Assembly: GCA_964016885.1 (NCBI GenBank)
Contig: OZ024743.1
Location: 203,980,001 to 204,044,000 of the forward strand
Origin: Eledone cirrhosa
Lineage: Eukaryota
Direction: 5' to 3'
Length of the DNA: 64,000 nucleotides
Numbering within the stretch: the stretch's first letter is position 1; every line of letters begins with the position of its first letter. The notes under the pieces were generated by a model. It saw only the letters and a program-made list of their open reading frames with translations, made no database searches and was not told the origin of the DNA. Shown here in pieces: positions 1 through 21,140 of the stretch. The translations under genes and the position numbers were made by a program.

Positions 1-188
1 CCTCATAGAGGATATTATTGTGTATAGTAAATAAACTGATACTTTTTTCTTCCATGTTCGTTGAGAGATGCTTTAAAAAAGATTTATCGCTATTTTTTTT
101 TGTTGTTGAATAAATGTATCTGTTGCTTTTGAATAATTGTTGTCATTGAAGTAAATAAATGTTTCACCGTTCTACACTCAAAGACAAA

Positions 189-191
<3 letters not shown>

Positions 192-245
<54 letters not shown>
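192..245. repeat. (CT)n microsatellite
   Basis: Pure CT dinucleotide run. Similar (AG)/(CT) runs at ~7143-7231 and ~56462-56533. (TA)n runs occur throughout. Confidence 0.95.
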
Positions 246-248
<3 letters not shown>

Positions 249-685
249 ACTCACTCTCTCTCTCTCCTTCATTTCTTTCTCTCTTCCTTCTTCGGCGTTC
301 CTAAAGGAAGTTTGAAGTTTAAGTGTATAAGAGAAAGTTGCATGTATGTAGTTTTATCGAATTTTAAGGAAAGTAGAGAGAGGGAATCAGATTGTATTAG
401 AGAGCTAAAGCGTCATGTATTTAGCTTTAGCGATTATTTCCGTAATTGTGGGTGGGTTTGAACGAAATAAATAGTCCTTGACCTAAGTTAGACCATTTAC
501 AACAGTCTTACAGACGTTGAGTTGAATCGGTTTGAAATTGTGCAAATCTATAAACATGGAACATGCACACACACAAAACAACAATTGCCTTTTATAGATA
601 ATGATACATATATGTATTGAGTTTTAACATAAGACTTCAAAATTTATAACGTACTGACAAGTGATTAAGTGATTATTCAAATTAC

Positions 686-821
686 TGGCATAAAATATTG
701 TGTTCCTCTTTTGTCGAGTCTGCCTTCTTTGGCTGAATTAAACCATCTGTACAACTTTGAAATTCCTCTGATGCTTTCATTGCACAACCATTGGTCAATG
801 GAAACCACCAGGAAATAGTAA
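686..821 (-). CDS. Internal coding exon of a host secreted Cys-containing protein ((V)TISWWFPLTNGCAMKASEEFQSCTDGLIQPKKADSTKEEHNILC)
   Basis: Minus-strand acceptor ttttatttcag| and donor CA|gtaatt. 136 bp, phase 1 to phase 2, open frame, non-repetitive. Completes the signal peptide begun at 48163. Confidence 0.65.
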
Positions 822-1092
822 CTGAAATAAAAGATGGATAAATGATTAAGTATGTATTAATTTTCATATACATGTATATGAGTGTTTGTGTATGCGTGTA
901 TTTGTCCATGTGCATATATTTGTGTGTGTAAATGGTTCTGGGGTCTAATTACATTTTGTGCATTTTTCTACAAGTGTCTTCTACTGTATCTTTTGGTTGA
1001 CCAATAACTTGTGAGTATAATTATGTAAACAGAGCAGTATGGAATTCAGCCATATGTATGTTTATATATATATGTGTGTATGTGTATGTGTG

Positions 1093-1123
<31 letters not shown>

Positions 1124-1126
1124 ATA

Positions 1127-1562
<436 letters not shown>

Positions 1563-1613
1563 GTGAAGGAGTGAAGAATAACATGGTCGGCTGTACAAAA
1601 AGGGTTTTATTTA

Positions 1614-1728
1614 CAGTATTAACAATTGTTTCATTGATCAGTTGAGTCTAAAGGACGCTAATCACTCGAAGCTGCATCTATCGACCTTGAATACTGTGTG
1701 CGTCTCTGATCAAATCATCAGAATACTG
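1614..1728 (-). ncRNA. Type I hammerhead ribozyme (family A, long stem II)
   Basis: Minus: CAGUAUU-CUGAUGA-uuugaucag...cugaucaau-GAAA-CAAUUG-UU-AAUACUG. 7-bp stem I, palindromic minimal stem III. Confidence 0.8.
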
Positions 1729-1964
1729 GAGGGTGTAACACATAGCATTGGTATTTATAGATACATCGGAGAATCAAGTGAATTAAAACAACCTCTAACG
1801 GGATCACCTAACATGTTATCCCATATATATATAATATAAAACGAAAAATCAGTGATGCATCTGAACTCAATTTAACATACTCTGATTATATCATACTCTG
1901 ATGTGTAAGAGCCTAGAGTGTTCAACCGGCATACCGCCTATCGAAGCATCTTAGCTACCATCAG

Positions 1965-2071
<107 letters not shown>

Positions 2072-2093
2072 ATAATATATATATATATATATA

Positions 2094-2637
2094 TATACTA
2101 TAAAGTATGTCCATAGAATCATTTGATAAGATATATACACCATTTCCTCTCCCAGTCAGCATAATCAACTACACAAAAAAATAATTAAACCAGGCTATAA
2201 GATTAAAAGGCACCTATGAAGAAATAATAGATAAATAAACGACAGCCATCTATTCGCGATCAACAGCTATAGAATATTTACCCAGCATTTCAATATCACG
2301 TGGAAATCGATTAAATATATCGTCAATCATACTCAATTAGGTATAAAATTAAAGTTAGAAGAAAAAATGCATATAAACATACCAGGATTACGTTTCTACC
2401 ACTTGGAGTTTCATTCGCTTTTGGAAATATCCGATCAAGGATAAATTCTCGAGCTTCGAAATCATCAGGAAACAAACTCAGATGGCTGTCGTTTATTTAT
2501 CTATTATTTTTTCATAGGTGCCTTTTAATCTTATAGCCTGGTTTAATTGTTTTTTTGTGTGGTTGTTTATGATGATGGGAAGAGGAAATGGTGTATATAT
2601 CTTATCAAATGATTCTATAGACATACTTTATCGTATA
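2094..2637. repeat. Fold-back element with ~155-bp inverted arms (2094-2251 / 2480-2637) enclosing a hammerhead
   Basis: Arms are reverse complements, e.g. AAACGACAGCCATCT / AGATGGCTGTCGTTT. Flanked by (TA)n. Confidence 0.85.
2391..2474 (-). ncRNA. Type I hammerhead ribozyme
   Basis: Minus: UGUUUC-CUGAUGA-uuucg...cgaau-GAAA-CUCCAAGUGG-UA-GAAACG. Confidence 0.65.
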
Positions 2638-2697
2638 TTGCTCTGATTATGTAATTAATTAATTCATCATTGAGCCACATCGTGAATGGTTGCCAAA

Positions 2698-2746
<49 letters not shown>

Positions 2747-2773
2747 CTTTGTCTAGTTTGTGTATATGTAAAT

Positions 2774-2810
<37 letters not shown>

Positions 2811-2854
2811 TTCAAAATATTAATAAATGTAGAGATTCACTTAATCAAAATATA

Positions 2855-2916
2855 TTTTATTATATATATTTCGGAGGTACTGTGCAGTTTTTTCAGTACG
2901 CCCTCATCAGATAAAA
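2855..2916 (-). ncRNA. Type I hammerhead ribozyme (family D)
   Basis: Minus: UUUUAU-CUGAUGA-GGGCGUACUG...CAGUACCUCC-GAAA-UAUAUA-UA-AUAAAA. Homologous copy at 29271. Confidence 0.8.
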
Positions 2917-3000
2917 TACATAAAATGACGTATGACATGTCTCAATTGTGCTGAAGGTTCAATTCCAGTCATGGCAGTCAAGACTGTTTAACTTTTGGTC

Positions 3001-3071
<71 letters not shown>

Positions 3072-3185
3072 CAAATATGTATACGTACATACATATATGT
3101 ATACAGACGCACGGTAGTATGTATATACATGCATACATACACACACATATATGTATATATGTACCTATGGGTTTAACGAACATTT

Positions 3186-3270
<85 letters not shown>

Positions 3271-3368
3271 ATAATATATATATATATATATTATATATAT
3301 ATTATATATATATATATTATATATATATATATTATATATATATATTATATATATATATTTATATATAT

Positions 3369-3402
<34 letters not shown>

Positions 3403-3403
3403 T

Positions 3404-3440
<37 letters not shown>

Positions 3441-3455
3441 GTATATATATATATG

Positions 3456-3487
<32 letters not shown>

Positions 3488-3501
3488 TGTATATATATTA
3501 A

Positions 3502-3578
<77 letters not shown>

Positions 3579-3592
3579 TGTATATATATTAA

Positions 3593-3671
<79 letters not shown>

Positions 3672-3826
3672 AGCAAGATGTATGGTAGGTCGTATGTGAA
3701 TCGCGATGATCACGTCTGACCTACCAAATATGCGACGGTAGCTAGTTAAGCTCTATGCGTATAAGCAGAGCAGAAATATTAAGGAAAAAGAACAAAGGAA
3801 CTATTATGACATTATAACAAGTTTAT

Positions 3827-3873
3827 TGCCGACAGCCGTTTCGTCCGACCATATGGTGGGACTTTTCAAGGCA
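3827..3873 (-). ncRNA. Type I hammerhead ribozyme with U3-A8 core variant
   Basis: Minus: UGCC-UUGAAAA-GUCCcACCAUAUGGUcGGAC-GAAA-CGGCUG-UC-GGCA. U3/A8 replaces the C3-G8 pair. Confidence 0.7.
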
Positions 3874-5636
3874 TATAACATGTGATTGTAAGTTCATTAT
3901 TTACATCAACGTATCACTTAAGACTAGCAGTTTGAAATTGTGGTATACATCAGCAGCTCCGATTGTATATTTGGGGTCTATATTCTAAGAGGGCTCTTTT
4001 ATATTAGTTGTCGGAATTGTAAAAGGGATGGGTTATGGGGAGTTAAGAGAATTTGAAAATGGCCTAAGAGTTAGGAATTAAAGGTTAAAAATTAGATAAG
4101 TTATAATTTACGCATTAAAAGTAAAAGACTTGGTATCTCGTAGAAGCACCTTAAAAAATCCCTCAATAAGTGCATAAAGCTTACAAGCCCCAATAAACTT
4201 AACAAACTAGAAGAGAGTAAGAGACTAATAAAATAAAAAAATAAAGATATAAAATTTCCCTAAAAAAATATAAAGTTTCCCAAGAAGTTCCTTCGAGAGA
4301 AAAAAATTCTTTCGAAAGAAAAAAACCTTCTTCCCCAGAGATCTAGTTAAAAAATTTCAGAAAATTACGAAGTTTGATAATCCCTACTAAGTTGAATAAA
4401 CTAATCAATTAAAGGTTAATTCAAAAAGCCTCAAAGAAAAGGAAATTTAATATTTTTAATAGGAACTTCCTCCGAGAGACCCTTCGAAGAATTAAAATTT
4501 TAGAGAGCCTTTCAGGATATATATAAACGAATTGAGGAAAATTATAAATTAAAAGTTAAAAATTACGGTATTTGGGATATCCGAGGAATTTTCAAAGGGC
4601 TGCTTCAACAGATACAACTTAGGTATAATAGATAAAACAATTTAAGTAATTTAAGTAATTTAATTAGGGAGCAATTCAAAGAGCTTATCAAGTTGGGCAA
4701 GATTAAAGAAAATTATATAAGCAAAAAGACAATAATTATAAAATGTATTTTTAAAAGACAATAATTATAAAATGTATTTTTAAGAAGGTATAAGGTAGCT
4801 TCAGTAATCTAATAATGTACTATCAAAAAATTATTATAAAATTATCACAAAATTATTATAAAATTATTATAAAATTATTACAAAATTATCATAAAACTAT
4901 TGATACAGGATTAAAAAAAATTACTATAAAATTATTGATTAACAAAGACATAATAATATATTCCTGCCTAATTAACAAAAAATCAATAAACAATTAACAG
5001 TCAAGCAAAATTAGCTCAGGGATATCCCGCTCTCGGATACTTTACACACATACAGCATCACATATGATCAACAAAGACATAATGGTATACTCCTGCGTAA
5101 TTAACAAACAATCAATTAACCATTGATAGTCAAGAAAATGTACTCAGGGATATCCCACGCACGGATACTTTGCACACATACAGCAAGATAAACAATACAG
5201 GTGACCTTGTGGGCGCGATATCCATTATGCGTATGTAGTCATCTGCATAGCTCCAGGCACATTCGGTCTTGTTTAAAAGTTCAGAGTTCACGAATCAACT
5301 GGGATTCACTATCAGCTGCGTGGACTCTCTGGGAAATGTACCTGTGGATCAAATAGCTAGTGGTTGCTGGGTGTGGTCCGTTCGATCTTTTAGTTTCGGG
5401 TTTTGCACGCTGCCGGTTCTAAATCCAAGGTCTTGCTGCATAGGATGTATATATACACATATACATATATACTTATATATCTCGTATATATATATAAACA
5501 TGTATATATATAAACATGTATATATATATATAAACATATATATATATACATATATATATATAAGTAGAAGCTTAGTAAAATCGAAGCTTTGTCTGTGGGC
5601 AAGTAAGTCGACCTACAATATGAATGAGTTAGCAAA

Positions 5637-5670
<34 letters not shown>

Positions 5671-5704
5671 ATGTACATATATATACATATATATAAACAT
5701 ATAC

Positions 5705-5770
<66 letters not shown>

Positions 5771-5776
<6 letters not shown>

Positions 5777-6080
5777 GTTTTTACATTTGGCACAAGGCCA
5801 GCAATTACCCAGTACATTACTGGTACTTTATTTTATCGACCCCGTAAGGATGAAAGGCAAAGTTAACCTCGGCGGGATTTTAACTCAGATCGTAAAGGGC
5901 CGTAACTCTATGCTGCAAAGCATGGCGTCCGACCCTCTACCGATACTGCCAATCCAACCCTTATATATAATGATTTCTAGTATAGGCACAAGGCCAGTAA
6001 TTTTAGAGGAGGGGAAAGTCGATTAAATCGACCACAGTACATTACTGGTGCTTTATTTTATCGACCTTGTAAGGATGACA
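5771..6080 (-). mobile_element. Nin/Deu-domain tRNA-derived SINE (full copy 5771-5960 plus a partial copy)
   Basis: Central GCCTTTCATCCTTACGGGGTCGATAAAATAAAGTACCAG motif and GCCTTGTGCC...AATTAT tail. Other copies at ~20040, 30565, 45578, 54250, 56780, 62850 and 63810. Confidence 0.8.
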
Positions 6081-6102
6081 GTATATATATATATATATAT
6101 TT

Positions 6103-6288
6103 ATAAGAACAAAAGGGAGGTGTTACATCAAAAGAATTTAATGATCAGTCATGATCGGGGTTAATATTCCAGATCTGCCTGATCTGGAATATTAATATGG
6201 ATCATGAGCTGACTATTTGTGAAACGAAACAATTGTAACCGTAACAGATGAATGAATTATTGATGTAGCACCTCCCTTTTGTTCTTAT
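6103..6288. repeat. Nested fold-back (outer ~29-bp arms, inner TTAATATTCCAGATC hairpin) with a hammerhead 3' half
   Basis: ATAAGAACAAAAGGGAGGTG...CACCTCCCTTTTGTTCTTAT. Contains GAAACAATTGTA. Confidence 0.75.
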
Positions 6289-6398
6289 TATATACACTTT
6301 GCACTAGCGTTGAGTGCTGACTTTGGTACCCTTACTTTTGTTATCTTAGCAATTTAATTTTCTTTCTAATGCATTGTTTGATTTTCAAAATTATTTAA

Positions 6399-6430
<32 letters not shown>

Positions 6431-6679
6431 GTGTGAGTGAGTATTAGGTGTTAACAAAAGTTACAGACGGCATCCTGTCAGAAGCACTCAACGCTGTTTA
6501 GAGGTCCGTTTTGCTTGGGTTGTGTTCCAGAGTCATGGCTGTAGTGTGCAGAGTGTAAATATATTTAAGAGTCGAAGTCAGTTTTGCAGCAAATGTACAA
6601 ACTTTTGTAATATACAAACAATTGTAATATACAAATAAAGTTTGTACATGTGCTGCAACACTGACATTGAGTTTATATA

Positions 6680-6772
<93 letters not shown>

Positions 6773-6970
6773 GAATGTGTGTATGCCTTTATAATTTTCT
6801 ATATATTTTTGATATATTATTTTTCTTACATATTAATTTTTATATAATTTTATATTAATTTTTATATAATTTTTATATAATTTTATATAATTTTTTCCGT
6901 TATTTTTCCAGCCTCACTCCCAATTTTTAAGAGATTTAAAATCTTATTTCATATGTTCTATTCATAACAT

Positions 6971-7032
6971 CTCTGTCTGATGAACGATCTAGACGTATAT
7001 TGTCTAGGGTCCTGAAACCTTTGGTAATGGAG
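6971..7032 (+). ncRNA. Type I hammerhead ribozyme
   Basis: CUCUGU-CUGAUGA-acgaucuagac...gucuagggucCU-GAAA-CCuuuGG-UA-AUGGAG, at the end of a T-rich tail followed by (TA)n. Confidence 0.75.
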
Positions 7033-7063
7033 TAGTTGTATATTGTGTTGTTCACTTTCTAAT

Positions 7064-7233
<170 letters not shown>

Positions 7234-7554
7234 TTAGTAAAACCCTGCTGCGATTGCTTGTTTGCTTGTCTGTAAGGAAGATGACACTGAAATGGGGATA
7301 CAAATGGAATAAAACAAGTTTCGCTTAAATCGGACCCCAGATTTTCCGGGTACCTTCAGAGAGGAAGAGATATTGGTTGTGAGAGAGTAGATTGTAAGAG
7401 AGACATAGAGAGAGGGAGAGAAGACAGAGAAGGAGAATGGAAGAGAGCTGGTGGTATTGTTGTGTATATATGTTGTTGTGTATATATGGTGGTGTGTGTA
7501 TATATTTATATATATGTGTGTGTCTATGACAAGTGCATGTTGATCACCGACACC

Positions 7555-7611
<57 letters not shown>

Positions 7612-7802
7612 GCATATACATATATATATATATTTATATATACATACATACACACATGTATATATATGGGCCTTCCAGTTTAATTTCACATTTATATACA
7701 TGTCTGTGTATATTTTAATTATTTAAAAATTATTTTATTCTTAAGTGAATATGATTTGTTTTTATATTTTCAAATGAACGTGACCCAACGAATCACAGGT
7801 GG

Positions 7803-9950
<2,148 letters not shown>

Positions 9951-10038
9951 TATATATACATATATATATATATGTATATACATATACATATATATACATA
10001 TATATATGTATATACATATATATACATATATATATATA

Positions 10039-10100
<62 letters not shown>

Positions 10101-10103
<3 letters not shown>

Positions 10104-12495
10104 TGAGTCCTCGATATACGGTATACATGCGTTCCTGAAACCCTTACCGTATATCGAATTACCGTATAAAGGACTCATTGTAACATGAAATAGATAGGGA
10201 TGCGTTCCAGCACATCGAAAACTCATCCCTACAGAAAAGAAATAATGTTCTTTTTTTATTTACTGTACCTTACACATGCCGCGTAGTCCATCAGATGATG
10301 TGCCACTTCATTTGTCCCTCCCGAGACTAAGGGACAGTATGGGTTTCAGCCCTTACTCATCTTGGGCTGAGTTGGCAGGGGAGAATGACGGTGATGTGGG
10401 AGGCTCAAAACCACCAAACTCGTTGACTGCAGTGGATGTTGAAGGGCCAGCTGTAGCACGGTTTTCAGGTGTGACTGGCTTGAAGAAAGAGTAGATGGAG
10501 GACTGTTTGGCGATGTTTCTTTTGGCTTCATACATTTCTTGGTAAATCTTGATGCTTTTCTCGACGTCTTGAGCCACTTTGCTGCTCCTAGCAGGGTTGG
10601 GGGTCACGCTCATTCAGGTTTCTAAGATTGTTTCGATACTCCCGAGATATTCTCTTAGAGTTTTTATGCCCAAGCCATGCACAGGTCTTCGTCCTCCTCT
10701 TCTTCTTTTTCTGTCTCCTGTATCGCCATGTCTAGTTCTATGAGTTCATCATTGGAAAGTGGTTCAGCGTGGCTTTCCAAAAGGTCTTGCACATCATCAT
10801 CATTAACACCTTCGAAGCCAGCTCTATGGCAGAGATTTACAATATCTTTTTTTATCGCACCAATGTCCTCAGCAAAGCCTTGGAAGTCATTCACACATGC
10901 TGGCCATAATTTCTTCCAGGCCATGGTAGACTGCTTAACTTCTTCCCAAGATGCCTTGATGTTGTCTAAGCCGTGCTTGATGTTGTACAATTTCTACTAT
11001 TCACTGATCGTGGGCTTGTCAGGCCCATATGTGCCCTTTATCAGCTGCTGCATGGTTCTCTGCTGGTAGTATGCCTTAAATGTTTTGATGACTATTTGAT
11101 CCATCGGCTGAATGAGAGCTGTGGTGTTGGGGGGGGGGGACAAAACCTCTATATTTTCTGACCAGTCTTCCATTGCCCGTGGGTGGCTGAAGGCGTTGTC
11201 CACTAATAGCAGAAAACGGTTGGCAATGCTGTTAGCTAAGGCATATTCTTTAAGGTTTGGTGACAGATATGAGGTGAAAAAATCCTGGTGAATTGAAGTG
11301 ATCAGCCATGCCTTCTTATTAGACTTCCATATCACTGGTAGGTATTGCTTAATTAACCCCTTGAGTGCTCTTGGAGTTTCAGAATGGTAGATAATGAGTG
11401 GCTTTAGCTATAAATCTCCTTCTGCATTCCCTCCAAGAGACAGAGTAACGCGGTACTTTGAGGCTTTGTGACCCTTCGCACTTTTCTCCTCCTTGTCAAT
11501 TACTGGTATTACTGGTCATCTTTTTCCAATAAAGTTCTGTTTCATCATAATTAATAACCTGCTTTTTTCTGTACCCCTTCTCTGCAATGCATTTCTCTAA
11601 CTCTGCCTTGAATTTTTCGGCACTCTCTTTGTCGGAACTGGCAGCCTCACCTGTAACTTTTATGTTGTGAAGACTCGAACATCGTTTGAACTTATCAAAC
11701 TAGCCTTTGATTGCCTTGAATACAAAGTCCTCCACCCCCATTTCAGTCTTGAGCCTGTCAATAATGGACAATGCTTTCTCACTGATTACATTTAAAGACA
11801 GAGGCATATTTTGACGATTTTGGTCGTCGATCCAAATTTTGAGCAACCTTTCCATCCTATCCATAATCGGCTCACGATGTTTGGTCAACAATTTAGTCTG
11901 TAGACTCGTAGTATTCTCCCCAGCTTTTTTTGACAGCCTCACTATTTTTTAAATCAGTCCAGACTGTAGACTGGGCTAGGCCTAAGTTACGACTTATGGC
12001 GGACGTACTTTGCCCCTGTTCCTTCCTTTTCAAAATGTCCAGCTTTATCTCCAAAGTCAGGCTCTTCCTCATGCGTTTGGCCTTTCCATCTGCATCAGCA
12101 ATATTCACAGGGCGTTTTGAAGCCATGAGATATGGGGTTATAAGATATGCCGTGATAATTATGCTTCAAAAACACGCCGTCGGGTTTTCTCTTACTTTGA
12201 ATAACGTCATAACTCTTAACTGATCACTTCAGTTTGGCAAAAATTCTCTCACTGAGAGGACACGCTGGTTTGCCGAACTGAAGTAATCAGCTAAGAGTTA
12301 TGACGTCATCTATCGATATCTGAACTCGCTCGTGATTGGCCAGTTTCTCGGTAAGGTCAGTTAGTACGATAGCAGTACTAACACAATTTTCCTAGAATTC
12401 GAATAGCAGTCAGTTTCCACGAATTCAAGGGGGAATGTATTGCTTACTACAGGTGGCGCTACGTTACAATATAAACAAAACACGACCAAAAACCG
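10101..12495 (-). mobile_element. Tigger/pogo DNA transposon with decayed transposase (ATG at 12126)
   Basis: HTH-psq (RKSLTLEIKLDIL), CENP-B HTH (MERLLKIWIDDQ) and DDE_1 (LLVDNAFSH, PPNTTALIQPMDQ). TIR TA|CAGTGAGTCCTCG at 10101. The other end is lost at the PLE junction. Confidence 0.9.
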
Positions 12496-12499
12496 TATT

Positions 12500-16869
<4,370 letters not shown>

Positions 16870-16872
<3 letters not shown>

Positions 16873-18360
16873 TCATCAAGGAGATCTTTGAGTCTCCTTT
16901 CCCACCATACCATAAAAAGATTGGTAACATCACCAGCTATGCTGATGGCAATGGCTGCTCCCTCATTTTGGGTGTAGATCTTCTCGTTGAATTTGACTAT
17001 GTGGCCCTTTAGGGTAGTTTTAATACTAGCCCCTATTGCATGCACAACCATTTTTCTTACCTGATCATTGTTTTGGGGGGTCCGTATGGCTTTTGTCCAC
17101 CCAATCCACCTTCCCATGGGAGTCTTCTTTGCCATTGAGGTTATATTGGCGTCAGCATAACTTGCCAAACTGTTTATGGTATGGTGGGAAAGGAGACTCA
17201 AAGATCTCATTGATGAGAGCTCCGGACCCCATCATGTACTCTCGTTACGTAGACGATATTAATATAGTAATAAGGACACCCCCACAAGAGAGTACTAACA
17301 AGTATGATTTAGAATGTAGCACAATGGAAAGCATCCAGCAGATAGCTAACTCCATACACCAGAGTATAACTGTAACTATCGACTACCCTTCCAAACACCC
17401 TAACAGTAGACTACCTGTATTAGACACGGAACTCTGGATTAACACTATAGACGAGAGGGCCCAAATTCTCCACTCACACTACGCTAAACCCACGGCCTCT
17501 AAATACCTGATACTCAAAAACTCAGCAATGTCCAGTAGTGTTAAGTGTAATATTCTGATCGCAGACTTGGTACGAGTGATGAAGAATGTGTACCGCATGT
17601 GCGACCCAACAGAAATGGAAAGACACATCCAACACATCATCAACCGCATGCAGTTCTCTGGCTACAACCAAAGTATCAGAGTATACGAAGGAGCCTCATA
17701 GAACTGGACATGAAAGGAATTTGCCCATTATACAGGAGAAAATCATGGAATAGCTTAGATAGGACTAAACATAAGATAGGGAAAGCAACTTCATGGTACA
17801 ACAACCAGAGATATCAGAGTGTCATGTTCGTGGACGCTACCCCTGGAGGGAAATTAGCTAACCAGTGTAGAAAGGCCCTGAGAAAGACCCACTTAAGATT
17901 AAAGTGGTAGAAAAGCCAGGAACTACCATAAAATCCCTGATCAGCGAAACATACCTTTTTAAGAAAACCCACTGTACTAATAGGAAATGTATTATATGTA
18001 AAGTAAACCCCCGGATAAACTGGAAAACTAGAAACGTAGTCTATAGCATAAGATGTACAGAGGGCACTTGCAGAAACATGACAACAAACTTTTTAGGCGA
18101 GACAGATCATAGCATAGGAGAAAGGATAGACCAACACTTGGGGGAACTAAAAGGAAGAAAAAACGGTTCAGTACTATACTAACACGCCAGACAACAACAT
18201 GACGGTAACATATACAACATAGAAATTAAAATAATATCTAAAGATAGAAATGACCCAGCAGATAGGCAAATCAGAGAGGCAAGTGAAATAGAGCTTAGAA
18301 GGCCAAAGCTAAACAGAAAAAAGGAATGGAATAACAACACCCAAACAAACAATACTGACT
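16870..18360 (+). mobile_element. Decayed Penelope-like element with inverted 5' RT segment (16870-17155 on minus)
   Basis: Plus: YSRYVDDI, LPVLDTELW and GIY-YIG. The minus segment encodes GAAIAISIAGDVTNLFMVWWERRLKDL, which overlaps the start of the plus segment. Confidence 0.88.
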
Positions 18361-19182
18361 TAAGAGAAATTTAAATAAATAAATAAATAAATATATATAT
18401 ACACAAGCACAATAACAACAAACACATATAAACACACACTAGTAAACTAAGATAGAATACAATAACCAAAACACAGTCACCCTTCCTTGTGTTTCTTCAC
18501 CTTTTCGCCCACCCCGATGCAGCCCATCAGTCCTCTGTAGCCTCAGTACCCCACCCCCCTAATTTTAAGATAGAATTGGCCTATTACGCTTTTTATAGCA
18601 GATATGTTAGACCCCAGTAAATTGTTTTCTTTCTGGTTGCTGCTCCATTTCCGTGATTTCTATATTTCTTAGTGGCATTTTTGTTAGTAGTCTTGTATTA
18701 GTATTTATGTATTAGTTTTCTGAATTAATATTTCGTATTAGTATTTTTGTAGTAGTATTTTAGTATGTTTGTTCTCAACTTAACCTGTCATTGTAAGATA
18801 TCATTGCCTGATTACTACTAACTATAGCATTGGTGTTAGACACCCTGTAAAGCCGGCTTTATAAAATTCTTTCACTACAATCTTGTATTTAGTATTTTTC
18901 TCCACCTATTAAACTTTTCTATAGCTTAGAAATACCAATGAGAGAGTTGGTGATTGTGGGGATGGAGAAGTAACCAGAAATTGTTTTTTATATATTTATT
19001 TCCTTATTTTTATAATGTTTTTTTTTGTTTACTCCCTTTCAATTTACCTATTCTTTCAACTTCCCGCACCCCCTCCCCTTCTCCAGTACACTTTTTTCGA
19101 CCTTCTATACTCTATCCTTAGAATCTGCTGCATAGATTTCACTTTCAACGCATGACTGGGTTTCCCCCACTCCTTCTTTGTA

Positions 19183-19407
19183 CATCAGAGCAAGTGGATA
19201 CGAGAACAATACGCAAGGCATGGCTTTTATAGAAGAGTAGTGTTACACCACTCTTCTATAAAAGCCATGCCTTGCGTATTGTTCTCATATCCACTTGCTC
19301 TGATGCTGTATTGACTGGTTGTCAACAAAGTATTGGAGATCGATTGACGCAATATCAAGCGATTAGCGAGCTCTAGACTTATCAGATCAACGAAACAATT
19401 GTCAGCA
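19183..19407 (+). ncRNA. Palindrome (19183-19305) running into a degenerate family-A hammerhead (19296-19407)
   Basis: Near-perfect ~56-bp arms. UGCU-CUGAUGC...cagaucaac-GAAA-CAAUUG-UC-AGCA. Confidence 0.65.
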
Positions 19408-19464
19408 CTGTGAATAAAGCCCTTATTGTACAGCAAACCATGTTACTCTTCTTTCTTTAATTAT

Positions 19465-19511
<47 letters not shown>

Positions 19512-19794
19512 TCATTCTCCTTGCCCCATTAGTGTGATTCTCCCTGTTTCATGTGTATTTAAAGTGTTTATTCCAACCGCCACACCACCACCACCAACAA
19601 TGCCACCACCACCACCACCACCACAACTGTTGGCCCCTATCCCCCAACACACAGAACTATAACCACACCACACCAGACCACACCAGACCAGACTACACCA
19701 GACTACACCACACCACACCACACCACACCCACCACTGCCCCAATACTTAGTGAAGTTGCCTAGTAATCAAGTCAAGTTATATTACTTCCCTTAA

Positions 19795-20001
19795 CCCTTT
19801 AATGTTCAAACCAGCCAAAACCGGCCAAAATTGTTTATTCTTTTCTGTTGAAACTGGCTGTAACTGGTCGCTCAAACTGATGTTAAGGTATTGTTCTCAA
19901 AATAAATACTTTCAAAATCTCATAGATTCGATATTATGTGAGGTAAAGCCTTTACCATGAAAATATAATAGTATATATAGAGTAATGTGAATGCTAAAGG
20001 G
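19795..20001. mobile_element. piggyBac-type MITE
   Basis: TTAA|CCCTTTAATGTTCA ... TGAATGCTAAAGGG|TTAA (TTAA TSD, CCC termini). Confidence 0.75.
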
Positions 20002-20511
20002 TTAAAAATCTCACTTGTTATATTAATGACAAACTGAGTTATCCCGCCGAGGTTAACTTTGCTTTTCATCCTTACGGGGTCGATAAAATAAAGTACCAGT
20101 AATGCACTGGCTAATTGCTGGCCTTGTGTCATAAGTAGAAACAATTAATGACAACCTATACAACATTTACTAATTAGTCAATGCCTCCCCCCTCTCCCCG
20201 ATATTTATCCCATAGTTTCAAAATGTTTTTATATTTTTATTTGCCAGCAACCAATCCTATGTAAAATAAACTGCCTCATTTTTCAGAGACCTTAAAAGTT
20301 TTATATATATTAGTCATGTAATTTATATATATGTGTTTGAGTGTGTATGTATATATATATATCCACATATATTTACATATTTACATATGTATAGGTGAAT
20401 ATACACACACATTTATCATCATCATCATCAATATTTTACGTCCATTTTCGACACTAGCATGGGTTAGACGATACATGTGTATATGTGCGTGTGTATGTGT
20501 ATGTATGTGTA

Positions 20512-20546
<35 letters not shown>

Positions 20547-21140
20547 GGTGCTACTGGTAACATGTATCCCAGTACAACCTGTCTCATGGTCGGGTTGTTG
20601 GCGACTAAACTGGCAACCCCACCAAGGTTTCTTGGTGAGGAGGGTGACTTTGGACATCCTGCAGGACTAAAAACAAAACCTGTCAAAGGGCAAAGGAGCT
20701 CTTAAGAGTCAATGGCCATCCAAAATCACCGGGAGAGATGACCCCTTAGCCTTTCTCAAGGCAGAATTCTAGGAGAAGGAAAACTCTGATATAACACCTG
20801 CAACCCTGATGGTATCCAATGATGTTGACTTGTTCTTCTTTTTGGTAAATATCATCTTGGTTAAGAGAGTGGGACTGGATTTGTGCAGTGCCTTTGCTCA
20901 CTATAAAAGCTTCACGGCACAGGCATTGCTTTATATCTGGAGATCTCTCTACACTTGTCGTCACATGGTACCATGGGCCCAGCACTATGTGTCAATAATT
21001 GTCACAAGTGTAGTGTTTGTACCAGAGTTTTCAAGTCGCTGGCTGGACTAAAAAGTCACACTCGTTCAGCGCATCGGTAGGGGTTCTCCTACATGGATAT
21101 AAAGTAGTGGCCTTACTTGAAAACGAGTTGGCAGCCACAA

